From Eledone cirrhosa (lineage: Eukaryota), in contig OZ024742.1 of NCBI GenBank assembly GCA_964016885.1, positions 107,198,001-107,262,000 of the forward strand: a DNA stretch of 64,000 bases. The letters run 5' to 3'. Positions 12,587 through 26,347 of this stretch are shown one piece after another. The notes beneath the pieces were generated by a model. It worked only from the letters and a program-made list of their open reading frames with translations. It was not told where the DNA came from and searched no databases. Every line of letters starts with the position of its first letter. Within the stretch, counting starts at the first letter, position 1. Both the position numbers and the translations under genes were made by a program.

Positions 12587-12964
12587 GTGTTTTAACTATT
12601 TGTTTACCATATTTCCAATGAAAGACATTGCCTATGATATTCAAATAATTTTGAACTTAATCAATAATTTGGAAGCATTGGGAAATATAACTTTCTTGTT
12701 ATTAAATTGTGTTTGGAATATAACAAAATAACAAAGGTTCTTACATAAAATTATGATGGCAGATTTTTAGATAAGCATCTTATTCAAACTTGGAACTAAG
12801 TAAGGGACAGATTTGATTACTTTAAAGAATCAAGTGCAGCCTTTTACTGTCTGTTCCATCTTAATTATCTTAAACTCTTAACATATACTGCTAAAGTAAT
12901 CAACTTCCTAGTTGGTATGTATGTGTGCATGCATGTATGTATGTATGTTTATTTGTTTGTACAT

Positions 12965-13167
12965 ACGAGAGTTGGCTGAAAAGTTCATAGACTGGCTATG
13001 AAGGGAGTGTTGCTCAGACTTGTGAAATCTTGCATGCATTAATTTCAACTATTCTTATTAATAACTGAATTGTTTCTTTCTAGAGACTATGTTGAAAAAT
13101 AAACCTCATTTGATCATTCCATGAGAGTATCTTGGTCAGCCTATGAACTTTTCAGCTGACACTCATA
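12965..13167. mobile_element. Mariner-type MITE (opposite orientation to 4178)
   Basis: tacgagagttggctgaaaagttcata ... ctatgaacttttcagctgacactcata; TA TSD. Confidence 0.85.
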
Positions 13168-14009
13168 TGTGTGTATGTATGTATGTGGGGGAAGCTTACC
13201 TGCATCTTAGCCTATTAGCGTGCTGGGAGGCTCCCTAAACTCATCCCACCAGATTATTGCAAATTTAAGGAATGCAGCCAAGAACTTCGAGTATATCCCT
13301 TGAGTTTCATTCCAAAGTAAAACTATATATTTTATAAACCTACAAATATATTTTAGTATACTGATCTTTTAATTACAAATTTAGTTGGCAAGAGAGTTGG
13401 CAGAATTTAATTTACTAAAATGTCAGTAAAATCCAATTGGCTAGAGAATTGGTACCAATTTAATATACTAGAAAATTGGTAGAATTTTGTTACTAAAGTT
13501 AGTGACTGAGTATTTTGCAAATATTTTCCCTTAACATAGTGATCAGCCAAAATCAGCAAGACACTGTATTAATGGCAGAACTTATGAATTATAGGTACAA
13601 TAGAACTTATATTATTGTGTAAGTGGTTGAGTATTCCATAGACACATGTACGCTTAATGCAATCTTCAGACAGAGTTAGTATAACACAGTGTTTGTGAGA
13701 AGGCTGGATTGTTGAATCACAGCTACAATCTCTCTAGCAGGCTTCTGCACAGTCTCTGTCAACCCAATTTCTTTCACAGGGCTTACACCAACCCAAAGCT
13801 ATGGTAAATGACACTCGCCCAAGATGCCACATAGTGTGTTTGAACCAGGGTTTGTGATTGCGAAAAACATTTCTCAACTATTCTGCCATGCTGCAAAATG
13901 TAATTCATTAGAGTCAGGTAAAATATTGTGTGCTAGAATGTTGGTAAATCTTAATTTACTTGAATGTTGGTAAAGTTTAATTTGAATAGTGTTGGTAAAA
14001 TTCAATATA

Positions 14010-14110
14010 CAGGGTTTCCCCAAAAAATGTATACACACTTTGATTACCTGTACAGGCAATATTTATTAGAATGCTGTTGAAGTGTGTATACATTTTTGGG
14101 GGACATCCTG
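14010..14110. mobile_element. Tc1-type MITE (~100 bp)
   Basis: TA|cagggtttccccaaaaaatgtatacacactt ... aagtgtgtatacatttttgggggacatcctg|TA. Confidence 0.85.
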
Positions 14111-14549
14111 TATATATTGTGTTTGTGAAATATAATTTATAGAGTGTTAGAAAAATTTTAATATATAGTATAGAAAAATGTGAAGTGGACAATGCAAAAT
14201 GGACAAACATGAAAATAAGACAAAACAAGATGTTATGTGTTACTTTATTTATTTATCTGTCCTGATATTTCGAGATAAAATCTTTTCTTCAGGGGAATAT
14301 AACAAAGGATATGTCTGGAATTGGTAAACATGCTAGGTCATATAGTGTTGGTAAAATTTAAAATATATAAGGTATTGATAAAATCCAATATGTAGGGTAT
14401 TAATAAAACTTAATCTATACTGTATTGATAAAATTTAATTTATAGAGTGTTGGAAAAATTCAATGTATAGAGAGTTGGAAAAATTTAATTTATAAAGTGT
14501 TGGTAAAATTATATATATAGTGTATTAGTAAAATTTAATATAGATATAT

Positions 14550-14710
14550 ACATAAATGTGGTTGGTGTTAGGAAGGGCATCCAGCCATAGAAACCAAGCT
14601 AAATCAGTTCTGTGAGTGAATCATGGTCTCCCAACCTGATCCCTCACAAAGGGACAGCCTGTCCTACCCATGCTAGCATGGAAGATGGATGTTAAACGAG
14701 GATGATGATA
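14550..14710 (+). mobile_element. RTE 3' end
   Basis: Family motif and GAT tail, in TA repeats; tail-to-tail with a short minus copy at 14718-14780. Confidence 0.8.
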
Positions 14711-15224
14711 TATATACATCATCATCATCATTTTACGTCCGCTTTTCCCTGCTTGCAAGGGTGGGACGGGTCTTATTCAGCACAGTATATATATATATAG
14801 TGTTATATATATATATAGTGTTGATAAAATTTAATTTATACAGTGTTAGTTAAATTTAATTTATAGTGTTGGTAAAATGTAATTTATATAGTTGACAAAG
14901 TTTAATTCATCACCATTATTTTTACGTCTGCTTTTCCATGCTTGCTTAGGTTATATGAGACCTCAACAGAGCAACATTTCTCTTCTTTGTCATCTATTTT
15001 CTGAGGTTCAGTTTCTTTGACTACTTAGGCTTCCTTTTGCATATATATATGGAATATATGAGGAAGACAGATTCCCCACCAGTGTAGTCTCAGACTGAGA
15101 CCACCCATCCAACCCTTGCCAGCAGGGCAAATGGATGTAAAATAATGATGATGATATATATATTTTTATATAACTTGGATCCAGTTTCCTTAATGGACTC
15201 AACTCCCCTCCCCAATTTCTTTAA

Positions 15225-15442
15225 CCCTTTAACATTTACATTACTCTATATATACTATTGTATTTTTGTGGTAAAGGCTTTACCTCACATAATATTTCAC
15301 ATAATATCGAATCTATGAGATTTTGATATTATTTTTCAAGAATAATACTTTAACATCTGTATGAGTAGCCAGTTACAGCCAGTTTGAACAGAAAGAGGTA
15401 AGTGAATTCTGGCTGGATATGGCCGGTTTAAATGCTAAAGGG
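15225..15442. mobile_element. piggyBac-type MITE
   Basis: TTAA|ccctttaacattt ... aaatgctaaaggg|TTAA. Confidence 0.75.
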
Positions 15443-15696
15443 TTAATCTTGCACACATATGCTCATGCTTACCTCTCTACCCCTAGCTGCTGTCACCCTT
15501 ACTTTGTCCACTGTCACACATGTGTGCATACATTCATCCCCTGGGCTCAGTTATGGTCAGAAACACACAGCATCAACCATTTTCCAAGAGATGGCAACCT
15601 AAATAGATTTGTTTTTTTCTCTAAAAGATTCTTTTTCATTTCTGCCACTGCCCAGTCTCCTCAATCTTTCTATTTCGTCTTTAATTTCTCATTCTA

Positions 15697-15732
15697 TTTT
15701 CTGATGAAGGACTAGCGTCCAAAACATTAAGA
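15697..15732 (+). ncRNA. Inactivated hammerhead paralog (GAAA to AAAA)
   Basis: tttt-CTGATGA-a-ggac tagc gtcc-aaaa-ca-tt-aaga, in a second copy of the 10935-11145 repeat. Confidence 0.5.
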
Positions 15733-16507
15733 CTCTTTTTTTACTATGTCAAGCATAAAACTAATAATATATTTCTTCACTGTACTGTGTCGTTTGCTTT
15801 ATTTCTATTTGCCTTTTGATTATATATATATATATATATAATATATATATATATATACACACATACATACACACACACACATATATATATAGAGAGAGAG
15901 AGAGTGAGAGAGATTTGAATATCCACATGCAGAGTCCATTTCTCTCTCTCTTTCTCTCTCACATATACATTCTCTTCCTGTCATTCTCTCTCTCTCTCTG
16001 TAACACACAAGTAAAATATATTTGTAGGTTTATAAAATATATACAACACACACACACACACACATTCAGAATTTGTCTATTGATTAAACTATTTTTAGTA
16101 GTTTCTGCTCTCCTTCGTCAGAAGAGTTCCACTAAATGCCTTTTTAGGATTTAGAAAGAGGATATTCATTTTCGCCCCATACAGTCTAATTCCTTCCGGG
16201 GCTTTCCACTATTTAGTGTTTCATGATTCTCTGATCTCTTGTTTCTTCTTCTTCCTTTCACAGCAGTAGAGTAGTAAGGGTAGAAACAGGGTGGGGGAGT
16301 CGTTATCTTTTGTTTTTATTCATATATTATTCTTTCCTCTCTTTATCATACAAAACATATGCAACAGATACAGACACGGATGCACATTTATCTGTGTCTG
16401 TGTGCGCGTATGGGGTGGGTGTATGTATGTAATATATTATAGGTATATGTGTGTGTGTGTGTGTGTGTGCTATACACACAAACACACACACACACATATA
16501 TATGTAT

Positions 16508-16830
16508 ATCATCATCATCATCATCGTTTAACGTCCATCTTCCACGCTTGCATGGGTTTGGACGGGAGTTTTCCCACTTGAGGCAAGATTGGTTGTCCTG
16601 CTCGTATAGGACTGTTTGGCGGGTTTTCTACAGCTGGATGCCCTTCCTAACACCAACCACGTTTACAGTGTGGACTGGGAGGTTTTTACCGTGTTACCTA
16701 CACGGCCACATTACAACGTGGACTGTGTGTTTTTTTGTCGTGACACCTACACGACCTCATTTGTTTCGGACTGGATGTTGTGGTACCAACATAACTTTAC
16801 ATTGAAAGGGGTGGTGTGGGGGTAGTGGGA
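16508..16830 (-). mobile_element. RTE 3' end
   Basis: Near-identical reverse complement of 1394-1712. Confidence 0.85.
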
Positions 16831-16894
16831 CGGGGGTGTATTTTTGTTAGAGGTGCCTACTGACTGTAGGTATATATATATATATATATATATA

Positions 16895-17063
16895 TGTAAA
16901 TGTGGTTGGTGTTAGGAAGGGCATCCAGTTGTAAAATACCTGCCAGAGACGCTTCCATGCGAGCGAGACATGGTCTCCCGACCATTCCCACATCAAATGG
17001 AACAAAACTGTCTAACCCAAGCTAGCGTGGAAGATGGACGTTAAACGATGGTGATGATGATGA

Positions 17064-17067
<4 letters not shown>
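16895..17067 (+). mobile_element. RTE 3' end inserted in (TA)n
   Basis: Family motif, GAT tail, TA repeats on both sides. Confidence 0.85.
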
Positions 17068-17111
<44 letters not shown>

Positions 17112-17434
17112 TATATGGTAGTGGTGGTGGTAGTATTGGTTATGCAAAGGGGCAAACCGGCATGAATTTTTTTAATCACAAAATCTCTCACCTCTCAACT
17201 CTCACTTCTACATTTGTATATTATTCAGGTTCCTTTATAAATAACAACAACAGCAGCACTAACAACACTAACATCACCAACAATAATATAAAAAGATCTG
17301 ATCTAACATTATTGAACCCCTTTGATCAGCGCTACTTAACTCAGTAGCCATTGCTAATAATATTCACTAACTGCTCACTTTGCTATACACATGCATATGG
17401 CAAACCATTCCTGAATCTTGGTTATAGCTCACTC

Positions 17435-17815
17435 TATCACTACCAGCTTCATTACTACTGCCACCACCACCACCACCACCTCTACCACCTTCATTACTAC
17501 TGCCACCACCACCACCACTACCACCTTCTTTACTATTGACACCACCACCGCTACCACCTTCCTTACTACTGCCACAACCACCACTACCACCTTCCTGGCT
17601 ACTACCACCACCACCACTACCATCTTCATTGCTAATGCCACCACCACCACTACCATCACCACTATCACTTTCATTACTATTGCCACCACCACCATCACTA
17701 CCACTACCACTACTACCTTTATTGATACTGCCATGATGATGACCACCACCACTTTTACCATCATCACTAACACCAACACCTTTGTTGACATCACCACCTC
17801 CATCACCTTCATTGT
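17435..17815. repeat. Degenerate (ACC/ACT)n microsatellite
   Basis: Direct inspection. Confidence 0.85.
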
Positions 17816-18136
17816 TGCTGCTAAAATATCAAAAAAATATTAAAATATAAAGTTTGATAGTTAAGTAAAGGCTACTGAGTACATTATTTTTGTCTTAATT
17901 TCAGAAATGAGGAATTAACCTAGACATGAACAACAGAATGAGAACAATCTACTCCTATAATTTCAATAAAGAGCCCATTTCCAAATTCCAGGGACATTAC
18001 TAGATTCAACAGGCACCTAAAGAAGGCCAGCTGATATAATGGTGAAAACTTTGTGATAACAACCAAGATGAGGATACTAGCCTGAATAAACCAGTGTATA
18101 ATGGACTTCAGAATTTGGATAGAAGGAGATGACAGC

Positions 18137-18435
18137 CTCCTTAGTGTTGGTGATCTACATGATAAAAGCACCCAGTACATACTGTAAAGTGGTTGGTGAT
18201 AGGAAGAGTATCCAGCCATAGAAAGTTTGCCAAACAAAGGGATGGGAAGACCCTTCACTTATGTCAAGGACATGACAACCACTCTAGTGTTGGTGATCTA
18301 CATGATAAAAAGGACCCAGTCCATGCTGTAAGGTGGTTGGTGATAGGAAGAACATCCAAACATAAAAAAGCTTGCCAAACAAAAAGTTGGGAGGACTGGC
18401 CAGTTGTATTAAAGACATGACAACCTCTCTAGTGC
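18137..18435 (+). repeat. ~143-bp tandem units containing the RTE 3' UTR motif
   Basis: About two copies of ctagtgttggtgatctacatgataaaa...gacatgacaacc. Confidence 0.7.
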
Positions 18436-19035
18436 TGATGTTATGATAAAATGCACTTGGCAGAATACAGGACTATATGTAAGCAAGACATGAACGCCCA
18501 GCCTGTCTAGGAGGTCAGTGGCCCTGCTTCAGCACAGACTCGGTCTGTAAAGTCCCTTCCAACCCTTCCTAAAAGAGAAATGATGATGACAATGGTGATA
18601 TGGGTATCAGAGGAATCAAATGTAGTGTGCAAGAGAGAAGACTGCATTGGTTCGGACATGTGATGCATATGTGAGGAATGCTGGGTGAGGTGCCAGGTGA
18701 TGTCGGTGGAAAGAAACTGCAGTAGAGGAAGACTAAGAAAGACCTGGGCAGAGATGTTGAGCGCTGATCACAAAACACTGAACCTCGGATCTGTCCAACC
18801 AATGCAAGCATGGAGAAGTGAACATTAAATGATGATGATGATGATGATGGTTATATATAACTAATGGTTAAATAACCTCACCAACTCACAATTGGCCAAC
18901 CATGGGGAGTATGGCTACACCTCTGACATGACCAAAACCAAACAGAAAGCTGTAGGGGTCAATCAAGGAGAGGGGTTCCTCCAGCAAGAGTGAGAAGGCC
19001 CTGGATTGGATTGGATTGGATATTATATATATATA

Positions 19036-19290
19036 TATCATCATCATCATCACCATCACTGTTTTACGTCCATTTTTCCACGCTAGCATGGGTTAGATGA
19101 GTTGCCCTGTTGTGGGCAATGCTAGGTCAGGTGACCATGTCTTGCTCATACAGGACTGATTTGGGCTTGGTTTCTACAGCTGGATGCCCTTCCTAACACC
19201 AACCTCATTTACAGTGTGAACTGGGTGCTTTCTGTCGTGTCACCTATACAACCACTTTACAGTGGGAGGGTGGAGTGGGGCATACAGTAT
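19036..19290 (-). mobile_element. RTE 3' end
   Basis: Family motif and (CAT)n next to TA repeats. Confidence 0.8.
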
Positions 19291-19499
19291 ATATGCTAAT
19301 CTCTCTCTCTATATATATATGATATGGGTGTTGGTCAGAAATGTTATACTGAATAGATTTAACTTGAGGGTGAATATAGTCAGAAGACTTGTATAGTAGT
19401 AGTGGTACAATAGACAAATTTCAATTAGGTTATGGGTTTACAATAAAAAAAAATGTAAAAAAAGAAAATTAAATAATGAAAGTAATGGGGAGGGAGCTG

Positions 19500-19825
19500 C
19501 AGACTCTACACTCCAGTCTGGGCAGTGTATCTCAGTTGTACCTCAAGGACAAAATGGCAAGAACATTGCTATGGAGAACATCCAATGAAACCAGCAGCAT
19601 CAGCCTCCCCACCTCACGGGACCCCTTCCTTAGGTGAGAGGCACTCATCTCAATTTTGCAGAAGAAAACAGCAGTTCTGGGACTGAGAATACCAGAAGTC
19701 TTAATGGTAACTTGAATGAAAAGGTAGCAGTTGGTCAAGTCTCGGTATTTGGAAATCTGCTCCACTGCATTATGGGCAGCATTGCCCAGGGATATACCCA
19801 AAGCAACAAGGTTAGAGAACACAGT
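19500..19825 (-). mobile_element. CRE-like retrotransposon restriction-like endonuclease C-terminal remnant
   Basis: SKYRDL...YLFIQVTIKTSGILSP...LVSLDVLHSNVLAIL; homologous to 35500-35800. Confidence 0.6.
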
Positions 19826-20624
19826 AGTAGTAGTGGTATTAGTGGTAGTGGTAGTGGTAGTAGTAGTAGTAGCAGCAACAGCTGCATGAGTAGAAGCAGT
19901 AGTAGTAGTAGTAGTAATAGTAGTAGCAGCAGTAGTAGTAGTAGCAGGAGTAGTCGAATGGGCAGAGGGGGAGATAGTAGTTCATGGCTGATGTCTACCT
20001 GGCCTTGTAGAATATTGATAAAATGCTCCTAGAACATGCTGTTAAGTGGTTGGCATTAGGTAAGGTATCCATCCAAGTAAAAAATGGAGCATACAAGCAA
20101 GACACATGACCTGTCTAGCCTCAGCACATGATAGGTCATCTCAGCATGGAAAATAGACCTTAAATGGGAATAATGATCATAATGAATGAAAAAGAGATGT
20201 TAAATAGTGATGCGGATGATGAAATGCTTGCTTATCAGATGTATAGTATATCCTTGCATGGGCCCTAAAATGTGTCTCTGTGTGAGTGTTTTCAATAGAC
20301 TATGCAAGAAGTCTACTCTAATAAACTACACTACGATAATTGCTCTTTACAAAAAGATGGGTAAATTTTCAGAGCAGAAAAATTTCCTCTGTTCTTGAAA
20401 ATAAAATCCAATATATGTGAAGTAATCTTGTGAAAATTGTGGTATCATAAATTGTGGCATGATAAATTATGTGTGTTAAGGATTTAAGTATTGGTCATAA
20501 GTAAGTGCACTAAAAAATAAATAAATAAATAATTAAATAAACACTATACACATGACCATCAGAAGTCATATAATGTAAACAAACTTGCCAAGTGATTTTC
20601 TAAATCCTGAATATCCTATTTCAG

Positions 20625-20664
20625 AATGATTGATATGCTTAAAAAAAATACCATGGATAAATAG
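20625..20664 (+). CDS. Candidate terminal exon (an alternative starts at 17905)
   Basis: tcctatttcag acceptor, phase compatible with exon 3: (R)MIDMLKKNTMDK*. Confidence 0.25.
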
Positions 20665-21549
20665 AAAGGCTGCATTATTGAACCAACATATTTTGAATTG
20701 TACTACTTTATCTCCAAAACATAACTCATTAGTTACTCAGCTATACCTATTAGGTCTCATCATACTTAATTGTTCAATTCCTTTTTCATTAATAACAATC
20801 ATCTCTATTTTAATTAACAAGTGTGTTTTTGAATGGTTCTACAAATGAGGTTATGGACTATTCCAAATTTGGTACATATTGAAAATTTTGTAATAAAATA
20901 TCATCATCTTCATCACATCATCATCTTTTTACATCAACTCTTCCATACTTTCATGCATTGGATGAGTCCTTTCCAGCACAGCTTCCCTCTACTTATTGTA
21001 TATCTTTGTCATCTCCTTTGTCAGGTTCAGCATTTTGAGATCTGCTCTCACCATTTCTGCCCAAGTTTTCCTTGACCTTCCTCTACCATGCACTAAAAAG
21101 TGAGATCAGTAGGATCAGTTGTTTTTATTCAATGTGCTATTATTCTCTTTTTTTCCAGTTTCTTCCTCACAGGTTGCTAGAGGTTGGTGAGTTTTATGCT
21201 ATCAATGTTCCACTTAAATTGTTACAAGTTGACAAGTGCAGGAAAAACATATTGTGCAGAGGGTTAACATTCTGGAAAGACAAACTGGGTGTGGTGGTTA
21301 GCACAGGGTATGTAAAACAGAACACAATATGGGTGAGTTAAGAGTGACTGAGTAGAGATAGCACAAGACCAGCTTGCTCTGAAGAGCAGTGGCCATTGTA
21401 ATAGTGGTAGAAAAAACAGAGAGGAGACAACATGCTTGTGGGCTAGTAATTGGAATGTGTTTGTGGATGACTTCACATTCATCAGCCAAGTGACACAGTA
21501 TTTATTTTATAAAATGATTTGTCTAGTTTACCTTGTCATAATGTTCATT

Positions 21550-21760
21550 GAGGGCAGTGGATTGGCAGTATAGGTAGAATGTCAGATAACATGCTTTGCA
21601 ACATATAGCTACAGCCCTTTACACCTTGAGTTCAAATCACATTGAGGTTAGCTTTGCTTTTCATTCTTACAGGATCAATAAAATAAAGTACCAGTAATGC
21701 ACTGGGTCCGATTTAATTACTTCTTTCCAAATTGCTGGCCTTGTGCCAAAAGTATAAAGA
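21550..21760 (+). mobile_element. tRNA-derived SINE with Meta-like core
   Basis: Same family as 4862. Confidence 0.8.
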
Positions 21761-22099
21761 ATTATTATCATGCATTAGGACCCCTGAAATGTTGATATGC
21801 AGATCAAATTAAATTGTCTGGGAATTATGTTTATTTAAAAATTCAAGGGGAAGTGAATGGCAGAATCAGTAGAATGCTGAACAAAATGCTTTGTAGTATA
21901 CAACAGACAGTATCAAAGATAATTGCATAAATAGGGCTAATGCCAATCATATTAATACTGTGCTTGGTAGTGAGGTGGCTCGCTTAGCTGGGTGCGAGAA
22001 CCTCTCGACCATTATTAAGTGATCACACCTTCTCTTTCAGATATTGAGAGCTGTTATCAAAAGACAGTCCAACCACCAAGGAACTCCCCAGTATTGTAA

Positions 22100-22620
22100 A
22101 GTAACTCAATTTAGCACTGCCACACTGAAAGATAGATAAAGCTTGAGCAGAGATGAGTAGATATTTGTTGTGTGCAAGAGGTGTGATGAAGGAATGCATC
22201 AGCCAGACTCCTCACAGACAAACAGTACAGATATAAGCTTTTCTACATAGGAAATGATAATGAGGTAGGTGGAATAAGTATCTGACTAGCTAAGAAGTGA
22301 ATATATAAAGCAACTGGAGTAGTTAGAGTAAATGACAGAAAGATTGTTTTTATGAGGACCTCTTACGGATGACTTCAATAACATTAAATGCATAGGATAT
22401 ATGGAAATTGGAGAAAAATGAAATGAGCATGCTCTATTGAATGTGTAATGTTAGTGAGCATGAATGATAGAGCATGGATGAACTGAGATGAAGAATGTCT
22501 GTAAAAGGCATGGACATATGATGCATAGGATTGCTGGATGCTGGAGGTAGGTAATATATGAATCAATGTGAGACACAAAACAGCAACAGACCCATTGAGG
22601 CTAAGAAACTATAGAACTGA
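22100..22620 (+). mobile_element. Internally deleted RTE remnant (APE N-terminus joined to the C-terminal region)
   Basis: VDICCVQEV...SARLL...YKLFYIGN...GGI, then KLEKNEMSML.*MCNVS. Confidence 0.7.
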
Positions 22621-23004
22621 TTACATTACAGAGTATCTGCCATACCCTCTTATCAAATTAGATACTACTATACAACATTTTGTTATTCTGAACTGTACTA
22701 TTTTATCTTTTAAACATAACTCATTAGTTAGTCAGCTAATAGGATAGGTAATATTACAACTACAAATATTGATTACAAATAGTAATATCTGTCATAGCAA
22801 GATGCCTTGCCCTCAGTATGAAGTTCATGGCTAGAAATGGCCCCATGAAGCAAAGTTCAATTGAATTAATAATTTGATACCGAAGCACTTGAGTCTGCTT
22901 CTGGTGCTGTACAAAACTGTTTAAAGTGTGTATATTTTTCTACAAACCTTTCATCATAATTTTATATTAGTACCTTTGGGAAGTTCACACACACACACAC
23001 ATCT

Positions 23005-23227
23005 TTAGGAAAAAGAAATTGAAAATGCAATTGGAGTCTTTAAGAAGGTTTTTACAATAATTTATAACTTTGCCAGTTTCACAAGTTTCGCGAATTTTCA
23101 AAAGTTAAGAGAGATGGAGAGATATAGAGATATGTGGCTATGAAACTTGTGGAACTGGTAAAGCTATAAATTATTGTAAATAAACTTTCTTAAAGACTCC
23201 AATTGCATTTTCAACTTCTTTTTCCTA
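23005..23227. mobile_element. Foldback/MITE-like element with ~85-bp inverted arms
   Basis: taggaaaaagaaattgaaaatgcaattggagtctttaagaa... / ...ttcttaaagactccaattgcattttcaacttctttttccta. Confidence 0.7.
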
Positions 23228-23799
23228 TATATATATATATACTCTGGGAGTGTATTTTACATTACCTACTGAGTACGCTGAGATGCAACCAGTCCTAACA
23301 TTGATACTTATGCTGGGTCCGTCAACTTCTTATTATATTACGTCAACTTTGCCTTTCATCCTTACGGGGTCGATAAAATAAAGTACCAGTAATGTACTGG
23401 GTAATTGCTGGCTTTGTGCCAAAAGTAGAAACAATTATATATATATATATAAAGAAAGGTATAAATCCAACTGCAATGTCTGTGTAGCAACATACAAGCC
23501 TAAACAGTTAGGCATCACGGTCGGGTTTATATCTTTCTTTATATCCACTCTGCTTCTTCCCATGCAGAGAGTACTACTCTGATTTGTGGTCACCCCGGTC
23601 TTAACACCACAAACTTTATGTATGTTACTATACTTTAAGTGGTAAGCCAAAAAAAATTTGTTATCAATGAAAATTACAACCATACTGATAAGAAACGTCA
23701 TTAGTGTTAAAGCACATTAATTTCAAAATGGGCAAAAGAAAATCATATATATATTCAACACCATAGAGTATGGTTAAAAAGCCAATTAAAGTTATTTAG

Positions 23800-24050
23800 G
23801 AAAAGAAAGTTGCTGGGCCATCAGTGATAGCTGCTCGGATGGTGAAAATATCTGGCAAAGTAGAGCTTAGGCATATCACTTGCATAATTAACCAGGTAGT
23901 TCAGGAAGTTTCATACCAAATGCCTGGTGTAGCTACACCATCATCAATTGCTACAAGGCCAAAGGAAATGCTGCAGGAGGAGTAACTACAGAGGGATCAA
24001 ATTGACTGATTAAGTTATAAAAGTAATAGGAAGAGTTTTAGCAGAGCTGA
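23800..24050 (+). mobile_element. RTE RT fragment
   Basis: KVAGPSVIAARMVK...INCYKAKGNA...NYRGIKL. Confidence 0.8.
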
Positions 24051-24247
24051 GGACCTAAGGCAAGGTAAAAACACACACACACACACACAAACATACGCAT
24101 ATCTAGATAAGTGGTTTGTAGAATCGTGCTGTGTCCCTAAACGAAGTTTATTTCATTTAATAGTTACAATATTACCAACTAATAACAGCTAGTAGTAGCA
24201 CTAACAACGTGATTCATAATAGAAACGTATATGAAAACTTATACAAT

Positions 24248-24462
24248 ATGTTTCTGATTTAGACACAAGGCTAACAATTTGAAGGGAGGGAAAGTCGATT
24301 AAATCGTCTCCTGTGCATTACTAGTAATTTATTTTATCGACTCCGTAAGGATGAAAGGCAAAGCAAATCTCGGCGGGATTTGAACTCAGAACGTAAAGGG
24401 CCATAACTCTATGTCGCAAAGCATGTTGTCCGACGCTCTATTGATACGTCCAATCCACCGCT
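24248..24462 (-). mobile_element. tRNA-derived SINE with Meta-like core (CpG-retaining copy)
   Basis: Full-length family match; a partial + copy lies at 24555-24685. Confidence 0.85.
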
Positions 24463-26126
24463 CTGTATAATAAACACACATAAATCTCGCTGTTGGTGTT
24501 TCAAGTGTGATCATACTACAGCTACCTTAGAATCCCCACCGAAGTAGATGTGACTTCGTCGAGGTCAGCTTTGCCTTTCATCCTTCAGTAGACCGATAAA
24601 TTAAAGTGCCAATTAAATATCAAGGTTGATATAAACGACTTCCCCTCTCGCCAAATAGCCGTCCTTGTGCCTAAATTAGAAAATATACACAAACATATTA
24701 TATGTTTTCATATTCGCCTCTATTAACTGATAACTATTATAAATTTCTTACCACATAAATAAGTAGCGTTCAAACTGTATAATCTCTATCGTGCTATACT
24801 CATAAAAAAAGCACATCTACCTACTTCCAATGGTCTTTACGAATGTCTTGGACCTCCGTTGTGTCTGACGACGAGTATTATAGTTGTTCGAACAGCGGAA
24901 CAATCGGTACCTGAAATTAATTTATTAGGAGCTGAACATTCCATTGATACGATCCTCCTTAACGTAGTTCTCAATTTTTTTTTTTTTATAGATAAAAGTT
25001 TTATTATTCAGTTGTATAAATAACATTACAAATTGTTTATAATTCTTACAGAATGAAAATATAAACACATAATAAATACAATGAATTATTGTTGGGAACT
25101 TCACAAATATAATGCAGAAAAATATATGATCAAAACGAGAAGAAGAAAAAAAATAGCAGTTCACCACTAAGTGCGACAATCGACCGCCCAACACAAGGGG
25201 ATCAACGGAGACTTTTGAGGCAAGCCAACACGCTCGCAGCGTTACCACGGGTCATGGTGAGGCTAAGGCACCCTCACGGGTATCACCTGACACCTTGGTG
25301 AGGCAAGCCGCTAACGATTACAAGAACTAACGTGACACAGTGTGACAAAGCCGGCCCTTTGAAACTCATTTTTTCTCAGCTGAGTGAACTTTGGTAATAC
25401 GAAATAGACTATCTTCTTCACGGAGACAAGAGGAATCAAACTCACAATCTTACGATCTTCGGTCGAATACCCCTAACCACTAAGCAACGCGTATGTACAA
25501 TCAACCGTAAACACTGAATTATCGCTACAACTATTCAGAAGTAATATTCCGTGGTAGATTATTTCTCCCTCTAGCAATTATGATGTAAGATGCAAAAATG
25601 CTAACATACAGGCCATAATCCTAATATAACATGGAACAGTAGGTGGAAAAACACTATATTTTTTTCTTTTCTTATCGTGAATTCATAAACAACTTTTCCT
25701 TAAACACGTCCACAGGAACTCAGAGTTATCTTTCTTGTTTGTCACCCCTGACTGAAATGGCATTGACGTATTTATAGCTTAACAATATTAGTATATCAGA
25801 ATTACTTCCCTTTAGTCGTGCCGAACTTAATTAAGTTGAGAAAAAAAACAGAATAAATGGAAATTCTTTCTCTCCCTTAATTGTAACCACTACTCTCTTT
25901 CCACACATATATATTTGAAAAATGCCAAGAATGACGCTTCTGGGTGTTATTTTTTTAACTGATATATCCGCTCGTGGTGAGGAGAAACTACACATTGTAA
26001 AACATTTGTTCATTAAGCAACATCAACCATTAAAAACGTCATTCTTATTATTTTTCAAACAATATGTTTCAACACACGTTTTCACATAAAAAATCTTGCA
26101 AAATACACACACACATATATACCAAG

Positions 26127-26158
<32 letters not shown>

Positions 26159-26347
26159 CATACATACTTGGTTCTTTAATTTGTTTTGCAAGATTTCTTA
26201 TCTGAAAACGTGTGTTGAAACAGATATTATTATACTTTGGGAGGGTCATGCTGCCAATAAAAACACACGCACCTGTTTGTTTCACTTATTATGGATTATT
26301 ATGTTTAACTTATTATGGATTTCCGGTTGGTTGGTTGTTTATATATT

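Larger units (their letters stand above)
13930..14905. repeat. Degenerate ~29-bp AT-rich minisatellite interrupted by insertions
   Basis: Recurrent gtgttggtaaaatttaatttatag unit. Confidence 0.7.

Noticed and set aside
17418-17843. Thr-rich mucin-like ORF
   Set aside because: Trinucleotide microsatellite with no supporting exon structure.
24858-24905. ctgacga...gaac hammerhead-like string
   Set aside because: GAAC instead of GAAA and no NUH cleavage triplet.
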